Part shown: one piece after another, positions 52,335 through 62,489 of the stretch
Layout of the letters: every line of letters begins with the position of its first letter
Numbering within the stretch: the first letter of the stretch is position 1
NCBI GenBank assembly: GCA_041659045.1
Contig: JBAZZB010000002.1
Coordinates: forward strand, 231,412 to 295,411
DNA from: Patescibacteria group bacterium
GTDB taxonomy: Bacteria > Patescibacteriota > Patescibacteriia > SG8-24 > DYFX01
Reading direction: 5' to 3'
DNA length: 64,000 nt
Made by a program: the position numbers and the translations under genes
The notes under the pieces: generated by a model
The model's input: the letters and a program-made list of their open reading frames with translations, nothing else
What the model was told of the DNA's origin: nothing
The model's database searches: none

Positions 52335-53705
52335 TTACTTATAGTAGGTAAGCGGGTTGACGCGTTTGCCGTTCACGTAGATCTCGAAGTGCAAGTGGGG
52401 TCCCGTTGAACGTCCTGTCGAGCCAACCATGCCGATCGTTTGTCCTTTAAGGACTTGGTCGCCGACCTTCACATACATCTTACTATGGTGCGCGTAGCGC
52501 GTAACCATGCCGTTGCCGTGATCGATCAGGACCATGTTTCCGTAGCCGCCGGAGTTCCAACCCGAGTAGGTAACGATACCGGCATCTACGGCGTAGGTCG
52601 CGTTCGAAAGACTGCCGTTGATGTCGAGTCCTGCGTGCCTGACTTTGAAGTATTGGTTGATGCGCTTCTGATCTGTCGGCCAAACAAGGTCGACGCCTTC
52701 CGCCGTTTGGCTCGGCGGAGCTTCCGCCGGAGGTTTGAAGACATCGCGTACGTCACCGAGGCGCGGCGGAGCAGCTGGGGCTGGGGCACGCGCGATGACC
52801 GGCGGTCGACCTTCCGGAATCACGAGCTCTTCCCCGATCTGAATCTGCGACGGCGAGGATACGCGGTTTGCCGCCAAGATCTTATCGACATCGGATCCGT
52901 ATTTTTTCGCAATCACACCGAGCGTCTCGCCACGCTTTACCGTATGCAGCACGCCGGTCACCGGAAGAATCGTCAGCTTCTGACCGAGGCGCAGTACCGA
53001 ACGCGCCGTGAGGTTGTTGGCCCAGAGCACCGTGTTGATGCTGACTCCGTATTTTTTCGCGATACTGCTCACGGAGTCGCCTTGTTGTACTTCATACAGG
53101 CTCGGCTTCGAAATCACGATCTCTTCATGCTCGACCGGGACTGGCTCATCCGTTCCACCGATCACGCCAGGAATCGCGACGCCACTTTGATCATACGTCA
53201 GCGGAGTCGTCTCGTTCGGCAGCGCAAGCGCAACTTGCTTCGTCGAAGTCGCACCACCGTCCGGCACGACGTTCAATTGTGATTCGGCGTACACGTCCCC
53301 AGAATCAGGGCTGACGTATTCATCCGTCGCCACGTTGAAGAGGTCGAAGAACATCGCCTGCTTCACTTCCTGACCGGCATCCGTGCTCGCACCGTGGGCG
53401 TACAAATTGCTGGTCGCGACAAAAACGGAAATAACCGCAATGACCGCATGGACAACGTAGCGATGACCGAAGATCGCAAAGAACGTGCGGCGCACCGGGG
53501 GCAAGAAGGTCGTTGCGGAAATCTTGAGACGCAACAACACTCGATAGAGAAAAAAGGCGATGCGACGCAAAAAAGCCTTCCAAAGAAAGACAAAGGGAAC
53601 AGCGACGATTTTCAAGAGAACAAAAAGCACCCTGCCAATTGCCTTTGCTAACGTTAGCAAAAACAAGAGGAACTTCACGAAGTACTTTTTAAGGGGTGTT
53701 GGCAT
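52335..53705 (-). CDS. LysM-domain M23 family metallopeptidase
   Basis: 456 aa with an N-terminal TM helix and two LysM repeats (YEVQQGDSVSSIAKKYG; HTVKRGETLGVIAKKYG). The C-terminal M23 domain carries HxxxD...HLHFE. Confidence 0.85.
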   Translation of the reverse strand: MPTPLKKYFVKFLLFLLTLAKAIGRVLFVLLKIVAVPFVFLWKAFLRRIAFFLYRVLLRLKISATTFLPPVRRTFFAIFGHRYVVHAVIAVISVFVATSNLYAHGASTDAGQEVKQAMFFDLFNVATDEYVSPDSGDVYAESQLNVVPDGGATSTKQVALALPNETTPLTYDQSGVAIPGVIGGTDEPVPVEHEEIVISKPSLYEVQQGDSVSSIAKKYGVSINTVLWANNLTARSVLRLGQKLTILPVTGVLHTVKRGETLGVIAKKYGSDVDKILAANRVSSPSQIQIGEELVIPEGRPPVIARAPAPAAPPRLGDVRDVFKPPAEAPPSQTAEGVDLVWPTDQKRINQYFKVRHAGLDINGSLSNATYAVDAGIVTYSGWNSGGYGNMVLIDHGNGMVTRYAHHSKMYVKVGDQVLKGQTIGMVGSTGRSTGPHLHFEIYVNGKRVNPLTYYK

Positions 53706-53809
53706 TGAGAAACGCCTTTTTTCACTAATGTTAGCTGATTTTCACCCATCACAACCGTTGCAGCCGATATAGTCAGGGTAGGCCTTCAAATGGGGTGCGT
53801 CAAGGAAAT

Positions 53810-54436
53810 TCAGAGAGGAAAAAGCATCTTCTTTATGGGCGCGTAACTTTTTCTGTGTAGGGCGCTCACGCCAAGAGTGTGGAGCGCGGCCTGATGTTCC
53901 TTTGTGCCGTATCCTTTGTGTCGCGAAAATCCGTACCCCGGATAGAGCCCGTCGAGTCGATCCATTTCAAGATCACGTTCGACCTTGGCGATGACCGAAG
54001 CGGCTGCCACCGACTTGATCGTGAGGTCGCCGCGGATGACAGCTTTTTGCGGCATCGGCAGATTCGGAATACGAAAGGCGTCGGTCAACACAAACTGCGG
54101 AACCGTCGAGAGACCTTCAATCGCCCGACGCATGGCCAGAGCACCTGCCACACGAATGTTGAGTTGATCGATCTCTTCGGCCGACGCAATACCAACCGCC
54201 CAGGCCATCGCCTCGGCTTTAACGTCTCGTGCGACTCGTACACGTTGATCAAGTGAAAGCGTTTTTGAATCTCGAATCAATCCGATCCCGGAATCAAAAG
54301 GTAGAATCACCGCGGCGGCATAGACGGGGCCGGCCCAGCAACCACATCCCGCCTCATCAACACCAGCGACAATCGCAAATCCCTGCGCTAAAAGAGCACG
54401 TTCTTCTTTAAAGGTTGGAATCACTACTGGAGCCAT
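53810..54436 (-). CDS. rnhB: ribonuclease HII
   Basis: 208 aa. The catalytic motif GVDEAGCGCWAGPV and the rest of the protein match RNase HII. Confidence 0.85.
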   Translation of the reverse strand: MAPVVIPTFKEERALLAQGFAIVAGVDEAGCGCWAGPVYAAAVILPFDSGIGLIRDSKTLSLDQRVRVARDVKAEAMAWAVGIASAEEIDQLNIRVAGALAMRRAIEGLSTVPQFVLTDAFRIPNLPMPQKAVIRGDLTIKSVAAASVIAKVERDLEMDRLDGLYPGYGFSRHKGYGTKEHQAALHTLGVSALHRKSYAPIKKMLFPL

Positions 54437-54526
54437 ATTTCATTTATATTGACACTATCTGCGTCTGCTGTTAACCTCCATTCTTGTCAGAGGGCTTACG
54501 TAGACCATCCCTGAAAGGAGAGGCCG

Positions 54527-54922
54527 ATGAGAGCCTCCAACAAAGACGAAGAGTGCGTAGAGAGCAGTGAGCAGCGCGAGTGTCGTCCGCGCTATGCACC
54601 GCATCTTCACATGGGCGGACGTCTGCCAACAACCATCGTTGTTGAGCAGTACGAAAGGGACATCCTCACGAGAGAATCGGAGGAGAGCATCCCTCGCGCT
54701 TCGGTGCAGTACTCGCGGGTCACGATCGGTCACGGTCGGACGCGCTTCCTCGGGCCGAAGAAGCTCAACCAGTTCCTCAGCATCGAGCTGGGGCTTCGCG
54801 ACTGGTTGGAACAGGACGAACCGGATGAGGACATGTTCGAATACGAGCTGGATGACGATGCGCACGAGGACCAAGCCTCCTTCAGCGAGCTCGAAGCTGA
54901 CGACAACCCACACCTGAACTGA
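54527..54922 (+). CDS. hypothetical acidic protein
   Basis: 131 aa. The promoter TTGACA-N17-TAACCT is at 54449 and the start is preceded by AAAGGAGAGG. Confidence 0.4.
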   Translation: MRASNKDEECVESSEQRECRPRYAPHLHMGGRLPTTIVVEQYERDILTRESEESIPRASVQYSRVTIGHGRTRFLGPKKLNQFLSIELGLRDWLEQDEPDEDMFEYELDDDAHEDQASFSELEADDNPHLN

Positions 54923-54975
54923 TCAATCCGCCCATACGGTCTCACACGTGCCGAACCCTGCGTTCGGCCTTTTTT

Positions 54976-55004
54976 ATTGACAGTTTTAGCTTATTTTCAT
55001 AAAG
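54976..55004 (+). promoter_or_regulatory. hppA promoter (TTGACA-N17-TAAAGT) in an AT-rich spacer
   Basis: The sequence reads TTGACAgttttagcttattttcaTAAAGT. It is preceded by the terminator GCCGAACcctgcGTTCGGCC plus T6. Confidence 0.55.
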
Positions 55005-55042
55005 TAGCTCTGTTGTTTTATTCATAGTTTTCGGGACTCGGT

Positions 55043-57043
55043 ATGTCCAATGTTCTCATTTTTGCCTTGGCAGCGGGCTTGGTAGCCGTCGGCTACGGTC
55101 TGTTCCTGGCCAAGTGGATCCTGAAGCGCCCCGCCGGTGACGCCAAAATGCAGGCGATCGCTGAAGCGATTCAGGAAGGTGCGAAAGCCTATCTCGGTCG
55201 TCAGACCAAGAGCATGGCCTACGTCGCCGCCGCGCTTACGCTCGTCATCTGGTGGGCCCTCGGCCTTACCTCGGCCGTCGGCTTCCTTATCGGAGCCGTC
55301 CTGTCCGCAGCCGCTGGTTACATCGGCATGATGATCTCGGTCAAAGCCAACGTGCGCACGACCGAAGCCGCAAAAAGCGGAATGGCCGCGGCGCTCGACA
55401 TGGCCGTTAAGGGCGGAACCGTCACGGGACTTCTCGTCGTCGGTCTTGCGATCATCGGCGTTGCCGGCTTCTATGCCGTCACGAAGGATGTCGCCGCACT
55501 CGTCTCGCTCGGTTTCGGTGGTTCGTTGATTTCCGTCTTCGCCCGTTTGGGTGGCGGCATCTTCACGAAGGCCGCTGACGTCGGTGCTGACCTCGTCGGT
55601 AAAGTCGAAGCTGGTATTCCGGAAGACGACCCGCGCAACCCGGCCGTTATTGCCGACAACGTCGGTGACAACGTCGGCGACTGCGCAGGTATGGCCGCTG
55701 ACCTCTTCGAGACGTATGCCGTCACGGCCATCGCCGCGATGTTGCTCGGTTCCCTTGTTTTCGAAGACGTCCCGGCCGCGGTTCTCTACCCGCTCGCAAT
55801 TGGCGCCGTGTCGATCGTGACAAGCATCATCGGCACGCTCTTCATCAAGCTTGGAGCCAAGCAGAACATCATGGGCGCCCTCTATAAGGGTCTCATCGTT
55901 TCCGGTGTGCTCTCGGCTGTCGCTTTCTACCCGCTTACGAAGTGGATGTTTGCTGACACGGGCATTGCACCGATGCGCTTGTTCCTCTCGTCGCTCGTCG
56001 GCGTCGCCGTCACGGGCCTCATGATTTGGATCACCGAATACTACACGGGCACTCAGTACAAGCCGGTCCAAGACATCGCCAAGGCTTCTGAAACGGGCCA
56101 CGGCACGAACATCATCGAAGGCCTCGCGGTCTCGATGAAGTCGACCGCCTATCCGATTCTCGTCATCGCCGCTGGCATCTTGCTCTCCTACGGTTGGGCA
56201 GGCGTCTACGGCGTGGCTGTCGCATCGATGGCGATGTTGTCCTTCGCGGGCATTGTCGTCACGATCGACGCCTTCGGTCCGATCACGGACAACGCGGGCG
56301 GCATCGCCGAAATGGCGGGCCTTCCGAAAGAAGTCCGCGACGTCACCGATCCGCTCGACGCGGTCGGCAACACGACCAAAGCCGTCACCAAGGGCTACGC
56401 GATCGCTTCCGCCGGACTCGCCGCCGTCGTGCTGTTCTCCTCGTTCCTCGAGGACTTCAAGCGCTACTACGGTCTCTCCTCGGTTTCGTTCGACCTCGCT
56501 GACGTGCGCGTGCTGATCGGCCTCCTCATTGGTGGCATGATCCCCTACCTCTTCGCCTCGATGGGCATGCAAGCCGTCGGACGCGCCGCTGGCGCCGTCG
56601 TTGAAGAAGTTCGCCGCCAGTTCCGCGAGATCAAAGGCATCATGGACGGTTCCGGCAAGCCGGATTACGGCGCGGCCGTCGACATCGTCACGAAGTCCGC
56701 TCTGCGCGAGATGATCAAGCCGGCGCTTCTGCCCGTCTTGGTCCCTGTCGCGGTCGGCCTCATCCTCGGCCCAATGGCGCTCGGCGGTCTCCTCGTCGGT
56801 ACCATCGTCACCGGTCTCTTCGTCGGTCTCTCCATGACAACCGGCGGCGCGGCTTGGGACAACGCCAAGAAGTACATCGAAGCGGGCCACCACGGTGGTA
56901 AGGGTTCCTTCGCCCACCAAGCAGCTGTCACCGGCGACACCGTCGGCGATCCGTACAAGGACACGGCTGGTCCGGCGATCAACCCGATGATCAAGATCAT
57001 CAACATCGTCGCCCTGCTCTTGATTCCGTTCCTCCTGAAGTAA
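55043..57043 (+). CDS. hppA: K+/H+-translocating membrane pyrophosphatase
   Basis: 666 aa with multiple TM helices. [19 protein letters not shown] and [21 protein letters not shown] are H+-PPase signature motifs. Confidence 0.9.
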   Translation: MSNVLIFALAAGLVAVGYGLFLAKWILKRPAGDAKMQAIAEAIQEGAKAYLGRQTKSMAYVAAALTLVIWWALGLTSAVGFLIGAVLSAAAGYIGMMISVKANVRTTEAAKSGMAAALDMAVKGGTVTGLLVVGLAIIGVAGFYAVTKDVAALVSLGFGGSLISVFARLGGGIFTKAADVGADLVGKVEAGIPEDDPRNPAVIADNVGDNVGDCAGMAADLFETYAVTAIAAMLLGSLVFEDVPAAVLYPLAIGAVSIVTSIIGTLFIKLGAKQNIMGALYKGLIVSGVLSAVAFYPLTKWMFADTGIAPMRLFLSSLVGVAVTGLMIWITEYYTGTQYKPVQDIAKASETGHGTNIIEGLAVSMKSTAYPILVIAAGILLSYGWAGVYGVAVASMAMLSFAGIVVTIDAFGPITDNAGGIAEMAGLPKEVRDVTDPLDAVGNTTKAVTKGYAIASAGLAAVVLFSSFLEDFKRYYGLSSVSFDLADVRVLIGLLIGGMIPYLFASMGMQAVGRAAGAVVEEVRRQFREIKGIMDGSGKPDYGAAVDIVTKSALREMIKPALLPVLVPVAVGLILGPMALGGLLVGTIVTGLFVGLSMTTGGAAWDNAKKYIEAGHHGGKGSFAHQAAVTGDTVGDPYKDTAGPAINPMIKIINIVALLLIPFLLK

Positions 57044-57054
57044 GAGGACAACAA

Positions 57055-57086
57055 ACCTCTCGACGTACGTCGAGAGGTTTTTTTGT
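57055..57086 (+). terminator. intrinsic terminator (CCTCTCGACGTACGTCGAGAGG family)
   Basis: A 22-nt perfect palindrome is followed by TTTTTTT. Confidence 0.6.
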
Positions 57087-57192
57087 ACCCATTCCACAAA
57101 TCCTGCCAGGAATGAGGAAAGATTGACGCCGCACGCATCACCTGATACGTTCCGCTGTCGGAGTAGCTTTCCCAACCGACAAGGAGCCAGCG

Positions 57193-57912
57193 ATGCATGA
57201 CGATGATGATGATAACGGACGCAGCGGAATGTTCTTGCTCGTCTTCTTCGGACTCATTGCCGCCTACGCGGCCACGGGCCTGGTCTTGGGTCTTTTCAGT
57301 TCCCTCGCACGTGACCTGACAGCCTTCTCGACTGGCTCGTACGCCACCATCGCCGCCCGTGATGACGGTGTGTCGATGATTGTGGCCAATGCCATGACGA
57401 TGGCCGTCATCACGCTTCCGCTGTCTGTCATCCCAACGCTTATCGTCGGCAGACTCATCAGGCGCGGTCAGCAGACGAAGAAGCCGGCCGTCCAAATGCT
57501 CGTGCCCCAGCCAGGCAAGAAACCGCTGACGGGGTGGCGGGCGCTCATCATGGCCCTGCACAAGATCGCCGCTGTTGTGTTCTACGAGGAGTTCTACACG
57601 CGCTGGATCTTCCTCGGGGTCTTGGCGAGTCTTGCTTGGTTCCAGGGCCCCGTCGCCTTCTATACGCTGTTCTTCATCGGTAACGGCGCCTGGGCGCTTG
57701 TTCACCTGACGAACTACCCGGCGGGTGCGCGGAATCCCCTCCGTATCCTGCCGCATTTCTTCCTCGGGATCCCGATGACGATCATGTTCCTGCGGTACGG
57801 TCTGCTCGGCGCCTTCATCGGACACTTCCTCTGGAACATGATCCCGATCCTTCCCGCCTGGATCGATCAGATCAAGCGCGGCGTACCGCTCACCCTCAAA
57901 AGCTCCGGCTGA
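57193..57912 (+). CDS. CPBP-family intramembrane metalloprotease (CAAX protease/Abi-like)
   Basis: 239 aa with multiple TM helices. The motifs are EEFYTRW (EExxxR), LVHLTNY (FxxxH-like) and HFLWN (HxxxN). The promoter TTGACG-N17-TACGTT is at 57122 and the start is preceded by CAAGGAG. Confidence 0.65.
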   Translation: MHDDDDDNGRSGMFLLVFFGLIAAYAATGLVLGLFSSLARDLTAFSTGSYATIAARDDGVSMIVANAMTMAVITLPLSVIPTLIVGRLIRRGQQTKKPAVQMLVPQPGKKPLTGWRALIMALHKIAAVVFYEEFYTRWIFLGVLASLAWFQGPVAFYTLFFIGNGAWALVHLTNYPAGARNPLRILPHFFLGIPMTIMFLRYGLLGAFIGHFLWNMIPILPAWIDQIKRGVPLTLKSSG

Positions 57913-57982
57913 TCGGAGCTTTTTTTAGTCTTGACGTGCTGGTCATCGAACGCTATAAGAGAGGCATCACCACGGAGGTGTC

Positions 57983-58672
57983 ATGCCAGTCTTTTCAAAC
58001 TCTCTCGAACTCGAGCGGCGCATGATCGCGCTCGGGACCGATCGAGCGTTGATGTCAGCATCATTTGAGCGCTTGGAAGCGTTCAAGAAGCGGTTTCGTG
58101 ACGAGAAGTACATGCTCATGTCACCGAAGCAGCTCGAGAAGAGCACGAACCTCGCAACGGGTACGGAAAGGGATACGGAAAAGAAGTTCGATAAGGAGGG
58201 TTTGGCCGAGGCGCTTGCCGTCGTGACCGGCACTCCGAAGTGCGACATCTCGTTCCTTCGACTCGAAGAGTGTCGGGCGATGCCGCGCAACAAACAGTTC
58301 GACCTCTACGAACTCGCGCGCGCCAATTCGCCGCGCCGCAAACTCATCACCCCAACCTATCGACGGTTTGTGGCTTTGAAGGACGAGGACGGCCGTACGA
58401 TGGGCGACGTCGTCCATGGCGCGATCGGCACGCGACGTATGACGCTGGCGCTCGACAACACCTTCGGCAATGCCTTCGCGAGCTTGTTGAAGCACGACAT
58501 CGTTGCGCTCTGGGTTACGCACTTCATGTCGCTCGTACCGCCAAAACAGGGCAAGCTCCCGGACATTGGCCGCGCGGGCGCGACTGGCAACATGGTCGAG
58601 TACGTCACCAAGGTGCTTCCTGCGGCGTACCTCCCCAAGAATCCGGCACAATGGATCGTCTTCACCGCATGA
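57983..58672 (+). CDS. hypothetical protein
   Basis: 229 aa. The promoter TTGACG-N17-TATAAG is at 57934 and the start is preceded by GGAGGTG. The terminator GACCCGctacGGGTC plus T-run follows. Confidence 0.45.
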   Translation: MPVFSNSLELERRMIALGTDRALMSASFERLEAFKKRFRDEKYMLMSPKQLEKSTNLATGTERDTEKKFDKEGLAEALAVVTGTPKCDISFLRLEECRAMPRNKQFDLYELARANSPRRKLITPTYRRFVALKDEDGRTMGDVVHGAIGTRRMTLALDNTFGNAFASLLKHDIVALWVTHFMSLVPPKQGKLPDIGRAGATGNMVEYVTKVLPAAYLPKNPAQWIVFTA

Positions 58673-58787
58673 CCCGCTACGGGTCATTTTCTTTTTCCAA
58701 ACTCGGTACGTCGGTCGTAATTGAAGTGCCTTGACTCCGCTTCGTTTTTCCGCCACACTACCCGAGATTCACCACCTCTTCTTATAT

Positions 58788-60074
58788 ATGAAGTACGACA
58801 TCAAAGACCTTCCGAGGAGTCAGAAAGAAGTGAAAGTTACCGTCGATGCCGAAGAACTTAAACCGTTCTTGGAGCGCGCGGCGACCGAACTCTCGCAGAA
58901 AGTAAAAATCGAGGGCTTCCGTCCGGGCAAGGCGAGCTACGATATCGTTGCCAAGCGCGTCGGCGAAATGGCGATCCTTGAAGAGGCTTTGCCGCGCCTC
59001 GTACAGAAGCAGCTTGTCGAAATCATCAAGAAGGAAAACCTGGAAACCGTCGGCGAACCTTCGATCAACGTCGAGAAGGCCGCGCCGGGCAACGAAGTGA
59101 TTTTTACCGCCACCGTTTCGCTTCTTCCCGCCATCAAAAAAATGGCGGACTACGCTTCGATTAAAATCGAAGCCAAAGATGTCTCCGTGAAGGAAGATGA
59201 AATTGAAAAAGTCATCTCCGAGCTGCGCAAGATGCAGAGCACCGAAGAAGAGGTCGAACGCGAAGCGACTGACAAAGATAAAGTCACCGTCGACATGATG
59301 ATGGCGATCGACAAGGTCGCTGTTGAAGGTGGCGCGACAAAGGGTCACGCGATTTATCTTAACGAGCCGTACTACATTCCGGGGCTGAACGAAAAAATCA
59401 TCGGCATGAAGAAGGGCGAGCAAAAGATCTTCTCGCTCACGTTCCCGAAAGACAACTTCAACAAAAATCTCGCCGGCAAAGAGGTTGAGTTTACGGTCGA
59501 TATGAAGGGCGTCCACGAACTCAAGCACCCTGAGCTCGACGACTTCTTCGCCAAACGCCTGGGCCAGGAAAACATGGAGAAGCTCCGCGCTTTGCTTCGC
59601 AAGAACCTGGAAGACGAGGCGAACATGAAGGAGCAGCAGCGCCAGGAAGCCGCGGCGCTCGAAGAACTTCTCAGAAAGTCTGAGATCGAAGACGCCCCAG
59701 AATCACTCGTCAACAACGAGGCACACAAGATGATGCACGAGATGGAGCACTCGATCGCCAAGCAAGGCATGGCTTTCGCCGATTACCTGAAGAGCATCGG
59801 CAAGTCGCACGACGAACTCTTGCTCGACTTTGTCCCGGACGCCATGAAGCGTGTGAAGTCGATGGTCGTCATGCGCGAAATCGCCCGCCGCGAGAAGCTT
59901 GATCCGACCGACAAAGAAGCGCTCGACGAGCAGCTCAAGATGCTCAACATGTACGCCGACGATCCGGAGACGCAAGCCCGCGTCCGCTCCGAAGAAGGCG
60001 AAGACTACATCCGCGCAATGCTGAAGAACCGCAAGGTGCTCCAGTTCATCCGCGAGACGATGATCAAGAAGTGA
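58788..60074 (+). CDS. tig: trigger factor
   Basis: 428 aa. MKYDIKDLPRSQKEVKVTVDAEELKPFLERA... shows the N-terminal ribosome-binding domain, the PPIase-like middle domain and the C-terminal domain organisation. Confidence 0.85.
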   Translation: MKYDIKDLPRSQKEVKVTVDAEELKPFLERAATELSQKVKIEGFRPGKASYDIVAKRVGEMAILEEALPRLVQKQLVEIIKKENLETVGEPSINVEKAAPGNEVIFTATVSLLPAIKKMADYASIKIEAKDVSVKEDEIEKVISELRKMQSTEEEVEREATDKDKVTVDMMMAIDKVAVEGGATKGHAIYLNEPYYIPGLNEKIIGMKKGEQKIFSLTFPKDNFNKNLAGKEVEFTVDMKGVHELKHPELDDFFAKRLGQENMEKLRALLRKNLEDEANMKEQQRQEAAALEELLRKSEIEDAPESLVNNEAHKMMHEMEHSIAKQGMAFADYLKSIGKSHDELLLDFVPDAMKRVKSMVVMREIARREKLDPTDKEALDEQLKMLNMYADDPETQARVRSEEGEDYIRAMLKNRKVLQFIRETMIKK

Positions 60075-60258
60075 GGCTGTCGGGCATGCCCCTTCACTCA
60101 CTGCGGAACTCGGCTTCCCCGACTACGTCGGGGAACCGGCTCGCGCAGCCAAGAGCGCTCGCCTGCCTCAAACAGTCCTCGCTCGTTTCGGAGCATGCCA
60201 GACAGCCCGGTGGAGAGTAGGTAAAAGGAAAGCGGCCGCAAAGCCGCTTTTTTGTTAA
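60075..60258 (+). ncRNA. candidate small RNA or structured 3' UTR: a domain of about 135 nt closed by a 15-bp long-range helix, followed by an intrinsic terminator
   Basis: GGCTGTCGGGCATGC (60075-60089) pairs with GCATGCCAGACAGCC (60193-60207), enclosing internal hairpins that include CCCCGACTACGTCGGGG. The terminator AGCGGCcgcaaaGCCGCT plus T6 lies at 60231-60254. The region has no coding potential. Confidence 0.25.
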
Positions 60259-60640
60259 ATGAAAAACACGCTTCTATCGTTGGCTGCTGATAACCTCTCT
60301 TTTTCCGAGAGAGGTCACATAGGAGAATCGCGGGCTGTCCCTTGAAGCTCCCAGCCTAACGGGTACAAAGCGTGCAGAGATGTACGGTCGCCCAGCGTCG
60401 CGTGCAACTGCGCGGCCTCATCCGCCCAACGGGCGTTGCCGGCATTGCCAACGGGTCCAGCGGCGCAGAAGGGAGGCTCCCGCGCGGCGCGTGCAGCGAA
60501 CGTACGCTGCCTATATTGGACTGTTCATGCAGGAACAGTCAAGGATTACCAAATATCATCCTGAACGCAGTGAAGGATCCCTTTCCGGAGAGTGGTTCTT
60601 CGCTTCGCTCAGAATGACAAAAGTGTTACCCTCTCGTTAT

Positions 60641-61474
60641 ATGAAATTCGGCGCACACGTATCGGCCGCAGGCGGCCTTTGGAACGCCCCGGAAAACGCA
60701 GCGAAGGTCGGCTGCGAGATTTTCCAATTCTTTTCTCGCCCACCCCAGGGAGGCAACGCAGCAGCAATCACGCCGGAGGTCGCCAAGAAATTCCGCGACG
60801 CCTGCGAGAAGTATGAGCAGGAACTTTGGGTCATCCACGCGCCCTACATCATCAACTTCGCCTCGACGACGGAACGCATCCGAAACGGCTCCATTCGCAT
60901 CATTCGGGAAGAACTGGAGCGCGGGTCGACCCTGGGTGCTCGCGCCGTCATGTTCCATCCGGGCTCCGCGCGGGACGTTCCACTCTCTGAGGGTATTCGG
61001 ATGGTCGCAGACGGCGTGAACGAACTCCTCAAAGGCTATAAAGGCACCACGCAGCTTTTGATTGAAATCTCGGCGGGTAGCGGTTCCGTCATCGGCGATA
61101 CCTTCGATGAGGTTCGCGACATTCTGAAGCTCGTCAAAAGCGAGAACGTCGGCGTCTGTTTCGATACGGCCCACGCGTTCGCTTCCGGTTACGATTTGCG
61201 TGACAAGAAGGCCGTGGCAGCCACCTTTGACGCTTTCGACAAGGAAGTCGGGCTCGAACGGCTCGTGATGTCTCATTGCAACGATTCCAAAGTGGAGCTT
61301 GGCGCCAAGAAAGATCGACACGATTTCTTAGGCGATGGCCATATCGGTCTAGGTGGTTTTAAAGAGATGTTGGCCGACAAAAGACTCTCCAACCTCTTCT
61401 GGGTTGTCGAAACGCCCCCTGAGGGTCAGGAAGCTGACATCAAAAAGCTCAAAAAGATCCGCGCTTCGCTATGA
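60641..61474 (+). CDS. nfo: endonuclease IV (AP endonuclease, Nfo)
   Basis: 277 aa starting MKFGAHVSAAGGL. The Xyl-isomerase-like TIM barrel carries the Nfo His/Asp/Glu metal ligands. The upstream 87 codons of the track ORF are not coding. Confidence 0.85.
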   Translation: MKFGAHVSAAGGLWNAPENAAKVGCEIFQFFSRPPQGGNAAAITPEVAKKFRDACEKYEQELWVIHAPYIINFASTTERIRNGSIRIIREELERGSTLGARAVMFHPGSARDVPLSEGIRMVADGVNELLKGYKGTTQLLIEISAGSGSVIGDTFDEVRDILKLVKSENVGVCFDTAHAFASGYDLRDKKAVAATFDAFDKEVGLERLVMSHCNDSKVELGAKKDRHDFLGDGHIGLGGFKEMLADKRLSNLFWVVETPPEGQEADIKKLKKIRASL

Positions 61475-61725
61475 GCATTTTGAGCGTAAAGGTTATCCCC
61501 AAAAGTGGTCGTACTGAGCTCAAGTTTGAGGGGGAATTACTCAAAGTTTGGCTCAAATCCGCACCTGAGGATGGAAAGGCAAATGATGAATTAGTGCGAA
61601 TATTAGCAAAGAAATTGGATATTTCTCGTGCGCATGTGGAAATTCTCCACGGGAAATCCACAAGAAATAAAACTGTGGATATCACGGGGATAAGTATGGA
61701 GGAAATGAAAAAGACCCTTGCTTAA
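61471..61725 (+). CDS. DUF167 (YggU/UPF0235) protein
   Basis: 84 aa. MSILSVKVIPKSGRTELK...LKVWLKSAPEDGKANDELVRILAK is the DUF167 signature. It forms an ATGA overlap with nfo. Confidence 0.7.
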   Translation: MSILSVKVIPKSGRTELKFEGELLKVWLKSAPEDGKANDELVRILAKKLDISRAHVEILHGKSTRNKTVDITGISMEEMKKTLA

Positions 61726-62003
61726 AGGGTCTTTTTCTTTGGTTCAGGGACCGGATCAAGCCCGGCCTGACTCCAGGGGTGACAGCGAAGGACGCGCTTG
61801 GTTGCCAGGACCCACCCATGAAAGAAACCGTGCTTCCCAAATGCCTGGTACGCATACTCGGAACAGGTGGGATGAAACTTGCAGTACCCATTCGGATAAA
61901 GAAAGCGCAGCGGGCCATGATCGAGCGAGAGGGTTCGCTGATAGAACCGTATGAGAAGCTGTACAAGGCGCGTCATGCAATCAGTTGCAGCTTCTTGAGG
62001 CAA
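61722..62003 (-). CDS. yidD: membrane protein insertion efficiency factor YidD
   Basis: The motif YPNGYCKFHPTCSEYAYQAFGKHGFFHGWVLATKRVLRCHPW is the YidD signature. The start is uncertain and may be the internal MTRLV. Confidence 0.7.
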   Translation of the reverse strand: MPQEAATDCMTRLVQLLIRFYQRTLSLDHGPLRFLYPNGYCKFHPTCSEYAYQAFGKHGFFHGWVLATKRVLRCHPWSQAGLDPVPEPKKKTL

Positions 62004-62230
62004 GAGAGCACCTGCGTTTCCAATTCTGCATACTCGAGGTCTAGCGCCCTTGTTTGCGTCAGAAGCATCACGTCGTAACCTGGCTTGATCTCGTCGAGAT
62101 GTTTTCTCAGGATTTCACGAATGCGCCGGCGAAGAAGGTTTCTTTTTACCGCCCTCTTATGCACCTTGATACCGACAACGACTCCAAAACGAGAGTGCGG
62201 GAGAGCATTCTCCCGCACTTTCATGCTCAC
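61973..62230 (-). CDS. rnpA: ribonuclease P protein component (short form)
   Basis: 85 aa. FGVVVGIKVHKRAVKRNLLRRRIREILRK is the RnpA RNR motif. The stop overlaps the yidD start region. Confidence 0.75.
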   Translation of the reverse strand: MSMKVRENALPHSRFGVVVGIKVHKRAVKRNLLRRRIREILRKHLDEIKPGYDVMLLTQTRALDLEYAELETQVLSCLKKLQLIA

Positions 62231-62326
62231 AGCCTTTGAAAAGGCACTTTTTTTGCTGCGGGCCAGGAGGGAGAAATCTTTCTCCGCCTTGAGCCGATGC
62301 GTGGCTGGAAGCAGATCTCGTTGAGT

Positions 62327-62482
62327 CCTACTTCTTACCCATGCGCTTCACGGCGACACGCTTGCGTCCCTTGAGGCGGCGGCGCTTCAAGACGTTACGG
62401 CCGGCCTTCGTGCGCATGCGCTTGCGATAACCATGGACCTTGCTGTACTTACGCTTCTTCGGCTGGTATGTGCGTTTCGGCA
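62327..62482 (-). CDS. rpmH: 50S ribosomal protein L34
   Basis: It translates [51 protein letters not shown] (51 aa). It is below the ORF-track cutoff. Confidence 0.9.
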
Positions 62483-62489
62483 TATTTAG

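Noticed and set aside
55022-57175. The 717-aa minus-strand ORF opposite hppA and the 386-aa minus-strand ORF 56665..57825.
   Set aside because: These are shadow ORFs antisense to the clearly recognisable H+-pyrophosphatase and CPBP genes. Their composition is dominated by Arg/Asp/Gly.
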